Below are positions 9,414-19,748 of a stretch of DNA of 33,203 nucleotides, in pieces (position 1 is the first letter of the stretch; each line of letters opens with the position of its first letter). Source of the DNA: a virus (lineage: Duplodnaviria > Caudoviricetes); the IMG/VR virus record IMGVR_UViG_3300030103_000853, positions 1-33,203 of that record; one strand, 5' to 3'. A model generated the notes under the pieces. It had not been told where the DNA came from. It did no database searches and was given only the letters and a program-made list of their open reading frames with translations. The translations under genes were made by a program, and so were the position numbers.

Positions 9414-9596
9414 TTACTTCATCATATTTAAAAGTAAAGCTAAAAGAACAGCTCCCATACCACCAACAATCCAGTACTCTATTCTTTTTATTCTTTCTTG
9501 CATCTCTTTTATTTGTTCAAATGTTTGTTTTTGCATGATACGACACAGCTTCTCGTGACTTTCTATCTTTTGTAAAGCTGTGGTTTTTTTAGCCAT
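9414..9596 (-). CDS. small coiled-coil protein with C-terminal transmembrane helix (holin/XhlA-like)
   Basis: HEKLC...IKRIE followed by hydrophobic YWIVGGMGAVLLALLLNMM. Confidence 0.6.
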   Translation of the reverse strand: MAKKTTALQKIESHEKLCRIMQKQTFEQIKEMQERIKRIEYWIVGGMGAVLLALLLNMMK

Positions 9597-12500
9597 TTAA
9601 CACCTCGTCTACTTGCTTGTAGATATCTTCTACAAAACCACCTTCTTTTAATTGTCTAGTAGCTACTGCTTGGCCCAATGTATCTTGTGGAAACAATGTT
9701 GCGTATTGTTGCGCTTGTTGTTGGCCGGTGTTCTGTGGCGGTGGTGGTGTCATCGCTTGTGGTTGAGTATTTGTAGGAGGTACACCCATGTTCTGTGGTT
9801 GTGTACTCTGCGGTAACATTTCTTTACCTTCAGCCATCTCTTCAAACTTTTGTTCTTGAAGTGCCATTACATTAGCTCCTTGTAAAAACTCTTCACCTGC
9901 TCTTTGTGTAGATGCTGACATTTTTTTCATCATATCAAACTCAGGATATATTCTATCTCTAGAAAATTTAGGCATAGAACCAAAGTCATAGCTTACTGAT
10001 AAAGGTATATTAGGATCTAAACTTCTTATTTTATCTTGTATTTCTTTAAAATCTATTTTTTCTGGATCAACTCTAAAATCATCTCCTTCTGCTTCCATTA
10101 CACTATTTATAAATCTAGTAAATGTTGTAGCTACTCTAGGAGATAATTGTGGAGATAATGTATATATTTTAGGATCATCAGACATAAATCTCATTGCTTT
10201 ATTTAACTCCATAAAATTTTCACCTACAGCAGGATTAGTAATAAGATTACCAAAAATTCTAGCTCCTATAATTAATTTCAGAGTGTTACCAAAACCAAAT
10301 GCAGCACTTGTAGCTCCAGCCATTATACCACCAGAAGAACCAGCTCTTAATGTAATAGATCTTTGTACAAACTTAGAAGGATCTGTGAAATCAACAGTAT
10401 CTAAAGATCTTTTTACATTAATTATATCTCCAATTCTTTTCAATGCTTTGTCTCCTTCTTTTCCACCACCAAAAATTTCTCTAATAGCATCTCTCCCTTG
10501 TGGAGTATCATATCCTATATTCTTAACAAATTTTTCTATATTTAATTCACCAAAATTATGGTCTCTTATCATACCATCATTTAAATTAGCCATGCCGTCA
10601 CCTTGAGTAAATACTCTTCCATCTATTTCAGTAACATCTAAAGTTTCATTTACTTTTGTTTTAGCTCTAACTCTTTGTTCTGTTGCATCATCTAAAGCAA
10701 ATATTCTTTTGTTAACAAAACCTTTTTTAGCGGCTTGAGCAGCAATAGCTTGAGCAGATAGAGATCTATGATCTCTTAATGGAAATTGTGTAGATTCATT
10801 CCATGAATCCCATAACCAAGTTCTAACATATCTGTCATACATTTCTTGAGATTCTTTGCTTTTAGGAATTTTAATAGTTCTTTTTACTTGACCATCTTTA
10901 CCTAAAACATCATAACTGGATTTTGTAACCCCTAATACTTGTTTTAATTGTCTAACACCTTCAGGACTATTGTCACTTAAAACTCTTCTTATGACTTTAT
11001 CAAATACTTGATCTGGATATATGCCCGCATTACCCTGCATTTCAATACCTTTGTCTGCAAATATTTTAGCATCTGCAGAAGCTAATTGTCTTGCAACTTT
11101 GTTTGTACTAAAAGGTCTAAGAACTAATGAGTAATAAGCATTAGCTTCTTTTAATTGATTGAAACCAGAATTAGCTACTCTTATTTGTTGATCTATAAAA
11201 GCTTCTGCTGCTTGTGGTCCTTCACTATCTAATATATTTTTATATTCATCTTTAAATATCTTATCTTTTAAATTAGTTCTAACGGTTGCTTCTCCCATAC
11301 TATTTAAATCTTTTTCCATAGCATTTCTAATAACTAATATTTGAGGTTTAACATTTTTAAATTTAGTTCCTGTGTATGCTGCAGTTTGCATTCTAGATAA
11401 TCCAGTCCAATCACTCATTCTAATGTAATCACTGTTTCTTGTTATGTCATTAAGAAATTGTGTATATTGCACTAAAGGATCATCAGCTGGTGTTAAATCT
11501 CTTGCACCTTTCTGCATGTTATCAAAAGCACCACTATAAGAATAAGTGCTAGGATACTCATTTTTCATTTGAGTAAGTAATCTTTCTGTTTCTTGTTTGA
11601 TAGTTGCTGTTGGAATCATTTTAGGATTACCTATATCTTCCCAATGTTTTCTAACTTTTCCATATTCAGTGTCTACTGTTTTCCAAACATTCTTCCATTC
11701 TTTTTTAATTTCATTAATACCTGCGTAGTTCATAATACTTTGATTACTTCCAGGTGCCATGTTTAAATTATCTACAGTATTTAAAAATTCTTCTTGTGTA
11801 AGTTTAGTATTTACATCTTTATTAAATTTTACTAATGGACCACTAACAAGAGGATACACACCAATAGTAGAAAAGAATTTTTTAAAAAAGTTTTGAAAGG
11901 CATTGTTACCTGGTATTAAAGCAGCAACTGTAGGTTTAAGACCTAACTTTTCAAAGGATTGTGCGATTTCTTTAGATTGAGCAGAATTTAAACCTAACGA
12001 TTGTTTTACGGTTTCTCTTCCAGCAAATCTAACTAAAGGTATTAAAGACATAGCACCACCTGCCCAAAGCAGATCGTTATAAGCTTCATTTAAACCATTG
12101 TACAAAGCTCTTTGTGCAAAAGGTAGTTTTCTAATATCATTATCAGTAAGGTTAGCTAAGTCTTGAGAAGTAGCTCCTACATAATCAGAACCTAAATTAC
12201 CTATTTCATAAAGAGTGTTTCCACCTAGTGCTCCCGCTGCACCCAACAAATTAGATTGCGCTTCTGTAGATAATGCTGGTGTTGCACCATATCTTTTTAA
12301 TTTTTTAAAAAAATCTATAGTGTTGTCTGCCATACCTGCTAGACTTCCTAACATTCTTACAGGCAGTCCTGCTCTTCCTCTTATCTTAGGTAGTTTTTTT
12401 ACTTGATCACTTAAAGCTGTAAATCTTTTTTGATACATGCCAAACATCTCTGCGTTACGCATATCTACACCAAACCTATCCTTAAATCCGCTTTGCACAA

Positions 12501-12810
12501 AAGCTTTCATTAGTTGGTCTCTGTTCATATAGTAAGGAATCATAGACATAGAAGCAGCTCCTGCAAATACAAGTTCCCCTCTTTCTATTCCTGTTGATGT
12601 TTTTAATGGTTCTAATTTTTGTTCTTTACCAATAGCTACACTCTTTGCACCTAAATTAATTAGTCTATCGTAATCTTGAATACTATCGTAACCTGTAAGC
12701 TCACCACTATCAAAAGCAGCATCAAGAGCTTGCATCTGTTCTGAGTTTAACTTTCTAGTATCTAAGTTTTTTTCGTTAATAGCAGTTTGTAATTCTTTAA
12801 TAGTAGGCAC
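9589..12810 (-). CDS. large internal virion / DNA ejection protein (putative)
   Basis: 1073 aa, helical, Ala/Gly-rich amphipathic segments; last of a run of large genes downstream of tail genes; P/Q-rich linker near C-terminus. Function inferred from synteny. Confidence 0.65.
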   Translation of the reverse strand: MPTIKELQTAINEKNLDTRKLNSEQMQALDAAFDSGELTGYDSIQDYDRLINLGAKSVAIGKEQKLEPLKTSTGIERGELVFAGAASMSMIPYYMNRDQLMKAFVQSGFKDRFGVDMRNAEMFGMYQKRFTALSDQVKKLPKIRGRAGLPVRMLGSLAGMADNTIDFFKKLKRYGATPALSTEAQSNLLGAAGALGGNTLYEIGNLGSDYVGATSQDLANLTDNDIRKLPFAQRALYNGLNEAYNDLLWAGGAMSLIPLVRFAGRETVKQSLGLNSAQSKEIAQSFEKLGLKPTVAALIPGNNAFQNFFKKFFSTIGVYPLVSGPLVKFNKDVNTKLTQEEFLNTVDNLNMAPGSNQSIMNYAGINEIKKEWKNVWKTVDTEYGKVRKHWEDIGNPKMIPTATIKQETERLLTQMKNEYPSTYSYSGAFDNMQKGARDLTPADDPLVQYTQFLNDITRNSDYIRMSDWTGLSRMQTAAYTGTKFKNVKPQILVIRNAMEKDLNSMGEATVRTNLKDKIFKDEYKNILDSEGPQAAEAFIDQQIRVANSGFNQLKEANAYYSLVLRPFSTNKVARQLASADAKIFADKGIEMQGNAGIYPDQVFDKVIRRVLSDNSPEGVRQLKQVLGVTKSSYDVLGKDGQVKRTIKIPKSKESQEMYDRYVRTWLWDSWNESTQFPLRDHRSLSAQAIAAQAAKKGFVNKRIFALDDATEQRVRAKTKVNETLDVTEIDGRVFTQGDGMANLNDGMIRDHNFGELNIEKFVKNIGYDTPQGRDAIREIFGGGKEGDKALKRIGDIINVKRSLDTVDFTDPSKFVQRSITLRAGSSGGIMAGATSAAFGFGNTLKLIIGARIFGNLITNPAVGENFMELNKAMRFMSDDPKIYTLSPQLSPRVATTFTRFINSVMEAEGDDFRVDPEKIDFKEIQDKIRSLDPNIPLSVSYDFGSMPKFSRDRIYPEFDMMKKMSASTQRAGEEFLQGANVMALQEQKFEEMAEGKEMLPQSTQPQNMGVPPTNTQPQAMTPPPPQNTGQQQAQQYATLFPQDTLGQAVATRQLKEGGFVEDIYKQVDEVLNG

Positions 12811-12812
12811 TA

Positions 12813-15080
12813 TTAACCTCCAATTGGTATTGTGTTTAATATATCTTGTCTAGATTTTTTATTAGCAACATTCTGTTTTTGCATAAAATCTTTTTCTTTT
12901 ATTTTATATTGTAAAGCAACACCAGGTATATCCATTAAGTTTTCTTGAATAAATTGTTCATCTCCTCCACCATATTTATAATCAGATAAATAATCACCAG
13001 CTTTTTCAGTAAACTCGTTTCTTAATTGTTCATAGTTTAATCTAATAGTTCTAGGTGAAGCAATGTATTTAATAATTTGTGTACGTTGTGCAGCATTATT
13101 AATGTCTTTTTGTGTCAACCTATCTTTATCTTTGTTAGCATTTGCAACAATATATTTCATACGTTGTTCAATTAAAGCTAGTTTAGTATAAGTTCTTAGA
13201 TCATCTTCCGATGGTCTAAAGTTTTCACCAATAACTCCAGCTTTTCTTAATGCTTTTTCAACTCTTTCTGCTCCGTTTTCTCTAGCATCTTGTAAGTCTG
13301 AATCAAATCTATTAAGCATATTGTCAGATTCTTTTTTACCTACAGCAAAAAGAGAACCAGAACCTTCATCACCAAATATTTGTCTTCCTTCAGTCTTACT
13401 CATTTCCATTCTAATTTCATCATCAATAACAGAGGTATCTCCTCCTATGTTACCACCTGCAAAGAAATCAAAAGTTCCTAAAGCATCCTCAGCTAATAAA
13501 CCTATAGCAGCTTTAGTTCCTCCTTTTTCTGCATTTTTAATTACAAATTCAATCATTTTACCACCACGTCTGTTTTCATTTAAACCTTTTAAAGAATCTC
13601 TAATTAAATCTTTATCGTAATCTACATCAGTTCCTGTGAAATTAGCAGGTACAAAACCTTGTGATCCATCAGCATTCATAACTCTTTGATAGTATTTATT
13701 GTCTTTACCTAAAGCTACTCTGACATTTCTAAAACCACCCGGTACACTTGGGTCACTTACTTTAACTGTTTTATCTCCACCCGTTAACATTCCTGCACCT
13801 TTAGCTTTATCTGATTTCATTTTTAAGAAAGCCTGAGCTAACTTCATATCTGAATCTTGTTGTTTTAATTTAAGACCAATCATAGCATCAGCACTAGAAG
13901 CTAAAGTCTGACCTGTAATATCTAAGAATCCTTTTATTCCTTTTTCAGGAGATTTGCCTGATAACATTTGGCCTGCTGCTCTCATCATTAATAAATTATT
14001 TAAATTAGAATTATCGGTACCAGTCATTTTGTTTATTTGATTTTTAAATTGTAAGAATTGACCTGATAAAGCATTAGTACCTGCTAGCTCGTTACCTGCT
14101 GCAACGTCTCTTTTTCTTTTATCTATTAAATGTTGAATTTCTTCTTGACTTTCGTTACCTGTTAGTACAGGAACACCATCATTGTTAGGTGCAGGCATGT
14201 TATCTGCAATTACTGCTCCTTCATCTTTTTGTCCAACCATATTTTTTAAAGTGCTTAGATCCACATTAGACTCAATAGATATTTGTTTTAATTGTTCATC
14301 AGTTGCTTCAATAGGATCTACACCTAATTTATTTGCAACTTCATTTACCTTATTTAAAGTTCTTAACTTTGCGTTTAATTCTTCTTCCCCTTGTGTTAAT
14401 GGATTTTCAATACCAATAGCTTGTGGAACAAAGTCTTTTGTACGTTCTTTATATTCTTTTAAATTTTCTGTAACTTTCTTTTTGGGATCAGGTTTATACT
14501 CAGGTTTTTTTGAATAAATTAATCTGTCTTCAATACTTTTTGCATAATCTTCGTTAGACATTTCTTCAGGTTTTATTTGAGCAACCGCTTCATCATCCAT
14601 CATTCCAAAACCAGCTGTACCTGCTACACTACCTATAGCTGTTTTTCCAGGATTTCTGTAAAGAAGTTTTGCTAAATCAGTAGTTCTATCCATAGCATAT
14701 TCACCACTTTCTCTAAGAGCTTTTATTCCAGATCCTGCAGCTGTTTTAGGTAAAAAAGCCATTCCAGGTATAGCCATAGAAGCACCCATAGCAGTTTGAG
14801 ACATGTTTCCTTCTGATAACCCTTGAGCCATTTCATTTATTCCCTGTCCAGCATATCCTGCTTCTAATCCTGTTAAACCAGTTCTTACTGTAGGATTAGC
14901 AAAAGCTTGACCAGCTTTATTAGATAAATATCTATAAGCGGGCATAGCACCTGCTCTAATCATATTACCTGCTTGCATTATTCCACCAAGAAAAAATTTA
15001 GGTACTTGTTTAGGGTTTACCTGTTGATGAATCTCTTGTGCTCTTTTTTTAAATAGAGGTCTGTTTAATGTTTTATCCAT
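12813..15080 (-). CDS. internal virion / ejection protein (putative)
   Basis: 755 aa; basic N-terminal leader, then Gly/Ala/Met-rich segment; synteny with podovirus ejection genes. Confidence 0.65.
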   Translation of the reverse strand: MDKTLNRPLFKKRAQEIHQQVNPKQVPKFFLGGIMQAGNMIRAGAMPAYRYLSNKAGQAFANPTVRTGLTGLEAGYAGQGINEMAQGLSEGNMSQTAMGASMAIPGMAFLPKTAAGSGIKALRESGEYAMDRTTDLAKLLYRNPGKTAIGSVAGTAGFGMMDDEAVAQIKPEEMSNEDYAKSIEDRLIYSKKPEYKPDPKKKVTENLKEYKERTKDFVPQAIGIENPLTQGEEELNAKLRTLNKVNEVANKLGVDPIEATDEQLKQISIESNVDLSTLKNMVGQKDEGAVIADNMPAPNNDGVPVLTGNESQEEIQHLIDKRKRDVAAGNELAGTNALSGQFLQFKNQINKMTGTDNSNLNNLLMMRAAGQMLSGKSPEKGIKGFLDITGQTLASSADAMIGLKLKQQDSDMKLAQAFLKMKSDKAKGAGMLTGGDKTVKVSDPSVPGGFRNVRVALGKDNKYYQRVMNADGSQGFVPANFTGTDVDYDKDLIRDSLKGLNENRRGGKMIEFVIKNAEKGGTKAAIGLLAEDALGTFDFFAGGNIGGDTSVIDDEIRMEMSKTEGRQIFGDEGSGSLFAVGKKESDNMLNRFDSDLQDARENGAERVEKALRKAGVIGENFRPSEDDLRTYTKLALIEQRMKYIVANANKDKDRLTQKDINNAAQRTQIIKYIASPRTIRLNYEQLRNEFTEKAGDYLSDYKYGGGDEQFIQENLMDIPGVALQYKIKEKDFMQKQNVANKKSRQDILNTIPIGG

Positions 15081-15085
15081 TAGAC

Positions 15086-15949
15086 TTAAACCTTAGCTGG
15101 TGCTTGATTTTTATTTAATAGTGAATATGTGGCATAAGCTCCAAGTCCAGCTCCTGCAGCTTGTGCTAAAGGATTTCCACCACCTGGTGTTGTGGTCTGT
15201 GTTAATGAAGACTGAGATGTAGGTCCTGCAGCATAAATATTTTTTAAAAACTCTGCTCTTTGATAAGGCTCGTACTCTCTTTGTAATGCTGTTTGCCTTT
15301 GTGCATCTAATGCTTGTTGTGCTAACTGTCTTTGTAAGCCACCTGCAGCCATTAATTGATTTATATCGCCTTGAGCCATTGCTTGTTGTTGTGAACCTAG
15401 CTGACCTAATAATTGACCACCTTGTAATCCTACTTGTTGCTGTTGTTGAGCTGCACCTAATGCAGTTTGAAAACCTTGTGCCTGTGCTTGACCCATTGCT
15501 TCTAAAGTTCCTTTTTGTAATTCTGCTTGTTGAACACCTTCTCTACCACCACCAAAAGCTCCTGCATTAACTGCTTGAGCTCCTAATTGATTTTGCATCA
15601 TTTGTCCTTGTTTAGCAATTTCACCAGTTACATATGATTGATAAGGATTTAAATATTGACTAATTTGTTGAGCACCTATCGGAGCCATTGCTCCTTGTAC
15701 TCCAGATACTGCAGAACCAACAGTTGGTTGACCAACACCTGTGACTCCAGATGCTGTTATACCTTGTTGTTCTAGATTACCTAAACCTGCTACTTGCATA
15801 GTAGGAATATTAGTTGGTGTTTTAGCAAGACTTGCTGCCACATCCATTAAACCAAGTTTTCTTTCTTCTATACCAGGTGCTTCTCTTATGTATTGTGTAG
15901 TAGTTGAGGGTCCTGATGAACCACCTCCACCTCCTCCAAATATACTCAT
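15086..15949 (-). CDS. Gln/Gly/Ala-rich DNA injection (pilot-like) protein
   Basis: MSIFGGGGGG start, YLNPY, AGAFGG.R, Q-rich coiled coil, C-terminal AAGAGLGAYA helix. Confidence 0.7.
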   Translation of the reverse strand: MSIFGGGGGGSSGPSTTTQYIREAPGIEERKLGLMDVAASLAKTPTNIPTMQVAGLGNLEQQGITASGVTGVGQPTVGSAVSGVQGAMAPIGAQQISQYLNPYQSYVTGEIAKQGQMMQNQLGAQAVNAGAFGGGREGVQQAELQKGTLEAMGQAQAQGFQTALGAAQQQQQVGLQGGQLLGQLGSQQQAMAQGDINQLMAAGGLQRQLAQQALDAQRQTALQREYEPYQRAEFLKNIYAAGPTSQSSLTQTTTPGGGNPLAQAAGAGLGAYATYSLLNKNQAPAKV

Positions 15950-16407
15950 TTACTTAACTCCTTTTGAAATTCGTAGTGTTTAACTTTCCAATCATATTTA
16001 TCCATAACTTTTTTATATCCAGGTCTCATTAGTGCTGTTACTCTTTTGCAATTATTTACTTTAGCAAATTCTTCTAATGTCTCTACTAATTTGTCAGACC
16101 ATAAATGCATTTTTTTACCTGTACATATTAATCCTTGTAGTTCTTTAAAATTAGGATTGTCAAAAAATCTACTAGTGCAACAACCAAATACTTTGTTTTC
16201 TCCATCATCATCTGTTCCAAACATAACCCATAAATGCATTACGTTTTGTTTTAATAGTTTTTTAATATGTTTAGCGTCAGCGTATTGACCACTAAACTTT
16301 AATGCTTCTGCAATAAGAAACTCTACTAAAGGCCAAAAAGTGTCTACCTCTGATGGCTTAATAGTAAGTACTTCTACATTAGATTTAATTGTCTTTTCTA
16401 CTTGCAT
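15946..16407 (-). CDS. GNAT-fold virion assembly protein (analogue of T7 gp13 / P22 gp14)
   Basis: EEFAKVNNCKRVTALMRPGYKKV pattern; position just before the ejection genes. Confidence 0.55.
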   Translation of the reverse strand: MQVEKTIKSNVEVLTIKPSEVDTFWPLVEFLIAEALKFSGQYADAKHIKKLLKQNVMHLWVMFGTDDDGENKVFGCCTSRFFDNPNFKELQGLICTGKKMHLWSDKLVETLEEFAKVNNCKRVTALMRPGYKKVMDKYDWKVKHYEFQKELSK

Positions 16408-17332
16408 CTAAAATATCCATAATTCTTTTAAAACGTTTTTGTTGTTCGTAAAAAAACTCAGCACCTTTTTTTCTTTGATCTTCTTTGTCTGAAATATTTG
16501 CTCCTGCAATAATACCAGCTCCTCTTACAGCGGCAGATCTAGAAACAAATTCACCATCAGCTAATTGAGCTAACATTGTATCTTCGTTATCATTACCCAT
16601 ACCTGCTCCGTCTTCAACAAAACCATGAGCTCTTACGTAGTTGTTGTAATCTTTTTCATCATGACTAAATTTAGAAGGTAGTGCTTGTCCACCTGTATTA
16701 AATTTTGCAACGTTAGCAATACCACCTGCTTTTAATCCTTCAGGTTGTTGTTCTTCGTCTAATATTGCTTCTACTGATTGATAAGTATCTTTATCTTCTA
16801 GTGGAGTGTCCGTGTATGTTCCATCTTCATTATATTTTCTTCTCATAAAACCTGTAGGTCCACCTGCGTAACCACTTTCGTAAAGTTTTTGTAAATTTTT
16901 ATTATACCCTGGTTTTTCGTTTGACATTTCTTCGCCCGAATCTAGCAAAGGAAGAATTGCTGAACCTAGTGCAATTTTACCTCCAGTAGTTTTAGGAATA
17001 AGCTGAGAGAAAATACTTCCTTTATCACCAACCATACCCATTGCATTTCCAGGATCTCCTCCAGCACTTGCAATTTGTGCTGCATTTGTTGCTGCGTTTT
17101 GTCCTGCAAATTGTGGAAATAAACTTGTTACTCCTCTACCTACTGCAGTTTGTCCTATACCTTGAATAGCTCCAGGAGCTGATCCAAATGCTTGTAACCC
17201 ACCAACACCTGCCATACCACCTAATTGGCCAGCTCCACCAATCATTAAAGCATCTCTTAAAGATCTTTTAGTTGATTTTCCTCGAAGTTTTTGTACGCCA
17301 AATGTGGCTAGTGCTAGTGTAAATGGATCCAT
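16385..17332 (-). CDS. putative internal virion protein
   Basis: Gly/Ala-rich hydrophobic N-half; C-terminal G.G...D...AQLADGEFV...AVRG.G domain. Confidence 0.65.
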   Translation of the reverse strand: MDPFTLALATFGVQKLRGKSTKRSLRDALMIGGAGQLGGMAGVGGLQAFGSAPGAIQGIGQTAVGRGVTSLFPQFAGQNAATNAAQIASAGGDPGNAMGMVGDKGSIFSQLIPKTTGGKIALGSAILPLLDSGEEMSNEKPGYNKNLQKLYESGYAGGPTGFMRRKYNEDGTYTDTPLEDKDTYQSVEAILDEEQQPEGLKAGGIANVAKFNTGGQALPSKFSHDEKDYNNYVRAHGFVEDGAGMGNDNEDTMLAQLADGEFVSRSAAVRGAGIIAGANISDKEDQRKKGAEFFYEQQKRFKRIMDILDASRKDN

Positions 17333-17356
17333 AATTTATTCTTTTAAATATGGATA

Positions 17357-17385
17357 ATAATATCATTTTACTTGGCTAGTTTCAA
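17357..17385 (-). promoter_or_regulatory. sigma70-like promoter for internal-virion operon
   Basis: TTGAAA(17385-17380)-17 nt-TATTAT(17362-17357), with TG one base upstream of the -10 (extended -10); 24 nt before the ATG at 17332. Confidence 0.55.
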
Positions 17386-18246
17386 CTCATCAAGAAAGCG
17401 ACCTTCATATTGGTGTTCTCCAACATGTATAATAGGGTCATTAACATAAGCATAACACTTACCTCCAATGTCCTTCCAAAGCTTACAGAAGGAGAAGTCT
17501 TCACCCATATAAGTCTTAGTATCAGGGTCATGTATACAATCAAAAAAGTTCCATAAATTAGGTCTATCTACATACTCACCATTTATTATTGTCTTTTGTA
17601 CTATGTTTTTATCTGGATACTTGTCTATCATTTTGTCAAATACACTTCTTTTAATCATCATACATCCTGTAGGACTGTGTGTAACTTCCATAACCCCATT
17701 GTCTAAAGTTATTTTATTAGCATCTTGTACTTTCATTGGATAAGTATTTAAAAATCTATGGATATCTTCAGGGTTTTTTACTTCACCTTCACCCCATTTT
17801 TTATAAAGTTTATCCCACATCATTGTTTTAAGAGGATAGGGAATAGATATCAATTCTTTATCTAAATTTAACATTTTTATAATAGACTCTGCTCTAAAAT
17901 ATATATCTGAATCTATAAACACCATATGCGTACAACTAGATTCTAAAAAAGCTGAAGTACATAAATTTCTTCCTTGAGTTACTAAAGAAGATTTTAACAA
18001 AGTAAATGTAATTCTTATGCCGTTTTTTATACAAAGTTGTTGTAATTCTAAAAGAGCTTGTGTGTAATGCATAGTTACATCACTATGACAAGGTGTGCAA
18101 ATCATAATGCTGTAAGGTGATTTAACTATCTTTTTTTCTTTCTTTTCGGTGGCCGGTTTCCACATAGGAAGAGAAGCTTTTTCGTATGATGTTACCTCAA
18201 CCTCTTTTAAAGTTTGATACGTATCTTCATTTACTGTTTCTTTCAT
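17368..18246 (-). CDS. GT-A fold glycosyltransferase-like protein
   Basis: IMICTPC, SSLVTQGRN, THMVFIDSDI (DxD), TGCMMIKRSVF, MGEDFSFC..W...GG, HVG. Confidence 0.85.
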   Translation of the reverse strand: MKETVNEDTYQTLKEVEVTSYEKASLPMWKPATEKKEKKIVKSPYSIMICTPCHSDVTMHYTQALLELQQLCIKNGIRITFTLLKSSLVTQGRNLCTSAFLESSCTHMVFIDSDIYFRAESIIKMLNLDKELISIPYPLKTMMWDKLYKKWGEGEVKNPEDIHRFLNTYPMKVQDANKITLDNGVMEVTHSPTGCMMIKRSVFDKMIDKYPDKNIVQKTIINGEYVDRPNLWNFFDCIHDPDTKTYMGEDFSFCKLWKDIGGKCYAYVNDPIIHVGEHQYEGRFLDELKLAK

Positions 18247-19162
18247 TTAAAGCTCCTTTCAAAAAGTTTGTCCACTCTATACCTTTTTTCTGCCAGTTGT
18301 AAAATCTTTTATAGAACTTTTGTTGTTCTTCCAAATGTTCTTGAATGTAGTCTTCATGTAAATAACCAGCAGCTATATTAATTGCTCCTGCAGTATCTTG
18401 AGCCATTTGTTCGTAGTTTGTTGAATAGTTAACATATACTGGCCACTCTGCACATGTTTCATATAATGCACCAAAGTTATTGGTAATAACATGTACACCA
18501 GAAGCTAATGCTTCAAGTGCTGATGCACATGATGTTTCCTCAAATATAGATGGATAAACAAACATATCGTAGTTAGGCATCATCTCTCTAATATATTCAT
18601 TAGGTTTATAACCAATATAATTTACATTAGGTAATTTTTCAGCTTGTTCATACAACGCCTCAAAGTCTTTTTCAGTATGATCTGCAAACGCAGATCCATA
18701 AACCTTACAAGAACTATATACATCTAGTTTTATATTTGGATTTTCAATTTCTTGCATAGCACGTAATAAAACATTTAAACCTCTCCAAGGAGTACAATGG
18801 TGTATCAACTTAATAGGATCTCCCCTTTTGTATATCTTTCTAATTGGAAAATTATCAATACCATTTTTAATTACTATAGATTTTTCAGTTGGTATATCAA
18901 ACACCATTCTAAATTTTTCATAATTCCAATGACTGTTAAATACATACCAATCATATTCTTTATGTCTTTCTTTATTAGTAAAGAACTCTTGTAGATTAGG
19001 TTGATCATAGGAATTTTTTTGCCAAAGAATATTTAATTTATTTGGGTCTATTGGGACTTTACCAGGTATAGATGTACATATCTGTACTTGATCTAAGATT
19101 TCTTTTGAAACATGTTTATTTAACATTTCCATTTGTAGTTCAGTGGCTCCTCTAGGTTCCAT
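18227..19162 (-). CDS. GT-B fold glycosyltransferase (GT4-like)
   Basis: GATE start, VFNSHW, IKNGI, PWRGL, FVYPSIFEETSCASALEALASG (E-x7-E). Confidence 0.88.
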   Translation of the reverse strand: MEPRGATELQMEMLNKHVSKEILDQVQICTSIPGKVPIDPNKLNILWQKNSYDQPNLQEFFTNKERHKEYDWYVFNSHWNYEKFRMVFDIPTEKSIVIKNGIDNFPIRKIYKRGDPIKLIHHCTPWRGLNVLLRAMQEIENPNIKLDVYSSCKVYGSAFADHTEKDFEALYEQAEKLPNVNYIGYKPNEYIREMMPNYDMFVYPSIFEETSCASALEALASGVHVITNNFGALYETCAEWPVYVNYSTNYEQMAQDTAGAINIAAGYLHEDYIQEHLEEQQKFYKRFYNWQKKGIEWTNFLKGALNERNSK

Positions 19163-19746
19163 TATATTTTCTCCTGTAAATTAAATGCTATAGAAATTCT
19201 TTCAACCTTTGATTTAAAAGGTGAAACACAATGAGGTAAATTAGATGGGAATATAAATAAGTCTCCGTTTTTTGGAAGAAAACTTTTTTCTGTAATAAAT
19301 TTTTCTATAGGGGCTGAAGCAATAAATTTAAGGTCTCCTGGTCCAGAAATATTACTTGTTCTTTTGTTACCTTTAAAATTCATATTTTCTTTTTTTATTT
19401 CATCTGGTATAGACACAAACAATACAGCAGATAAAGTACCGCTATGAGTATGAATTGGATTAAAATCACCTGCCTTCATAAAATTTACCCAAGCACCATT
19501 AATATAAAAATCTATAGTATTTCCGTAAAAATTTAAAAAATAATGTTTAAAGTCATCAAAGTATTTATCTAAAATATATTCAAGTTTTTTATAGTCTATT
19601 TTAAACTCATCTTCAATATGTCCTGCTAAATTTTCTCTATTATTTAGATCTTCATTTTTATGACAAAGTTTATTTACTTCAATAAGATCTTTTTCTTCTA
19701 CTTCAGTATGAAATAATAAAGGTCCTAAATGGTAAAATCTACTCAC
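19162..19746 (-). CDS. putative 2OG-Fe(II) oxygenase
   Basis: AWVNFMKAGDFNPIHTH, FIFPSNLPHCVSPF, ERISIAFN; GTG start. Confidence 0.85.
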   Translation of the reverse strand: MSRFYHLGPLLFHTEVEEKDLIEVNKLCHKNEDLNNRENLAGHIEDEFKIDYKKLEYILDKYFDDFKHYFLNFYGNTIDFYINGAWVNFMKAGDFNPIHTHSGTLSAVLFVSIPDEIKKENMNFKGNKRTSNISGPGDLKFIASAPIEKFITEKSFLPKNGDLFIFPSNLPHCVSPFKSKVERISIAFNLQEKI

Positions 19747-19748
19747 TA

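Noticed and set aside
9414-9596. WIVGGM as another instance of the GG signal
   Set aside because: Lies within a transmembrane helix, a different context from the other copies.
12813-12830. Ubiquitin-like conjugation from the C-terminal GG of the 755 aa protein
   Set aside because: No beta-grasp domain and no E1/E2/JAB genes in the window.
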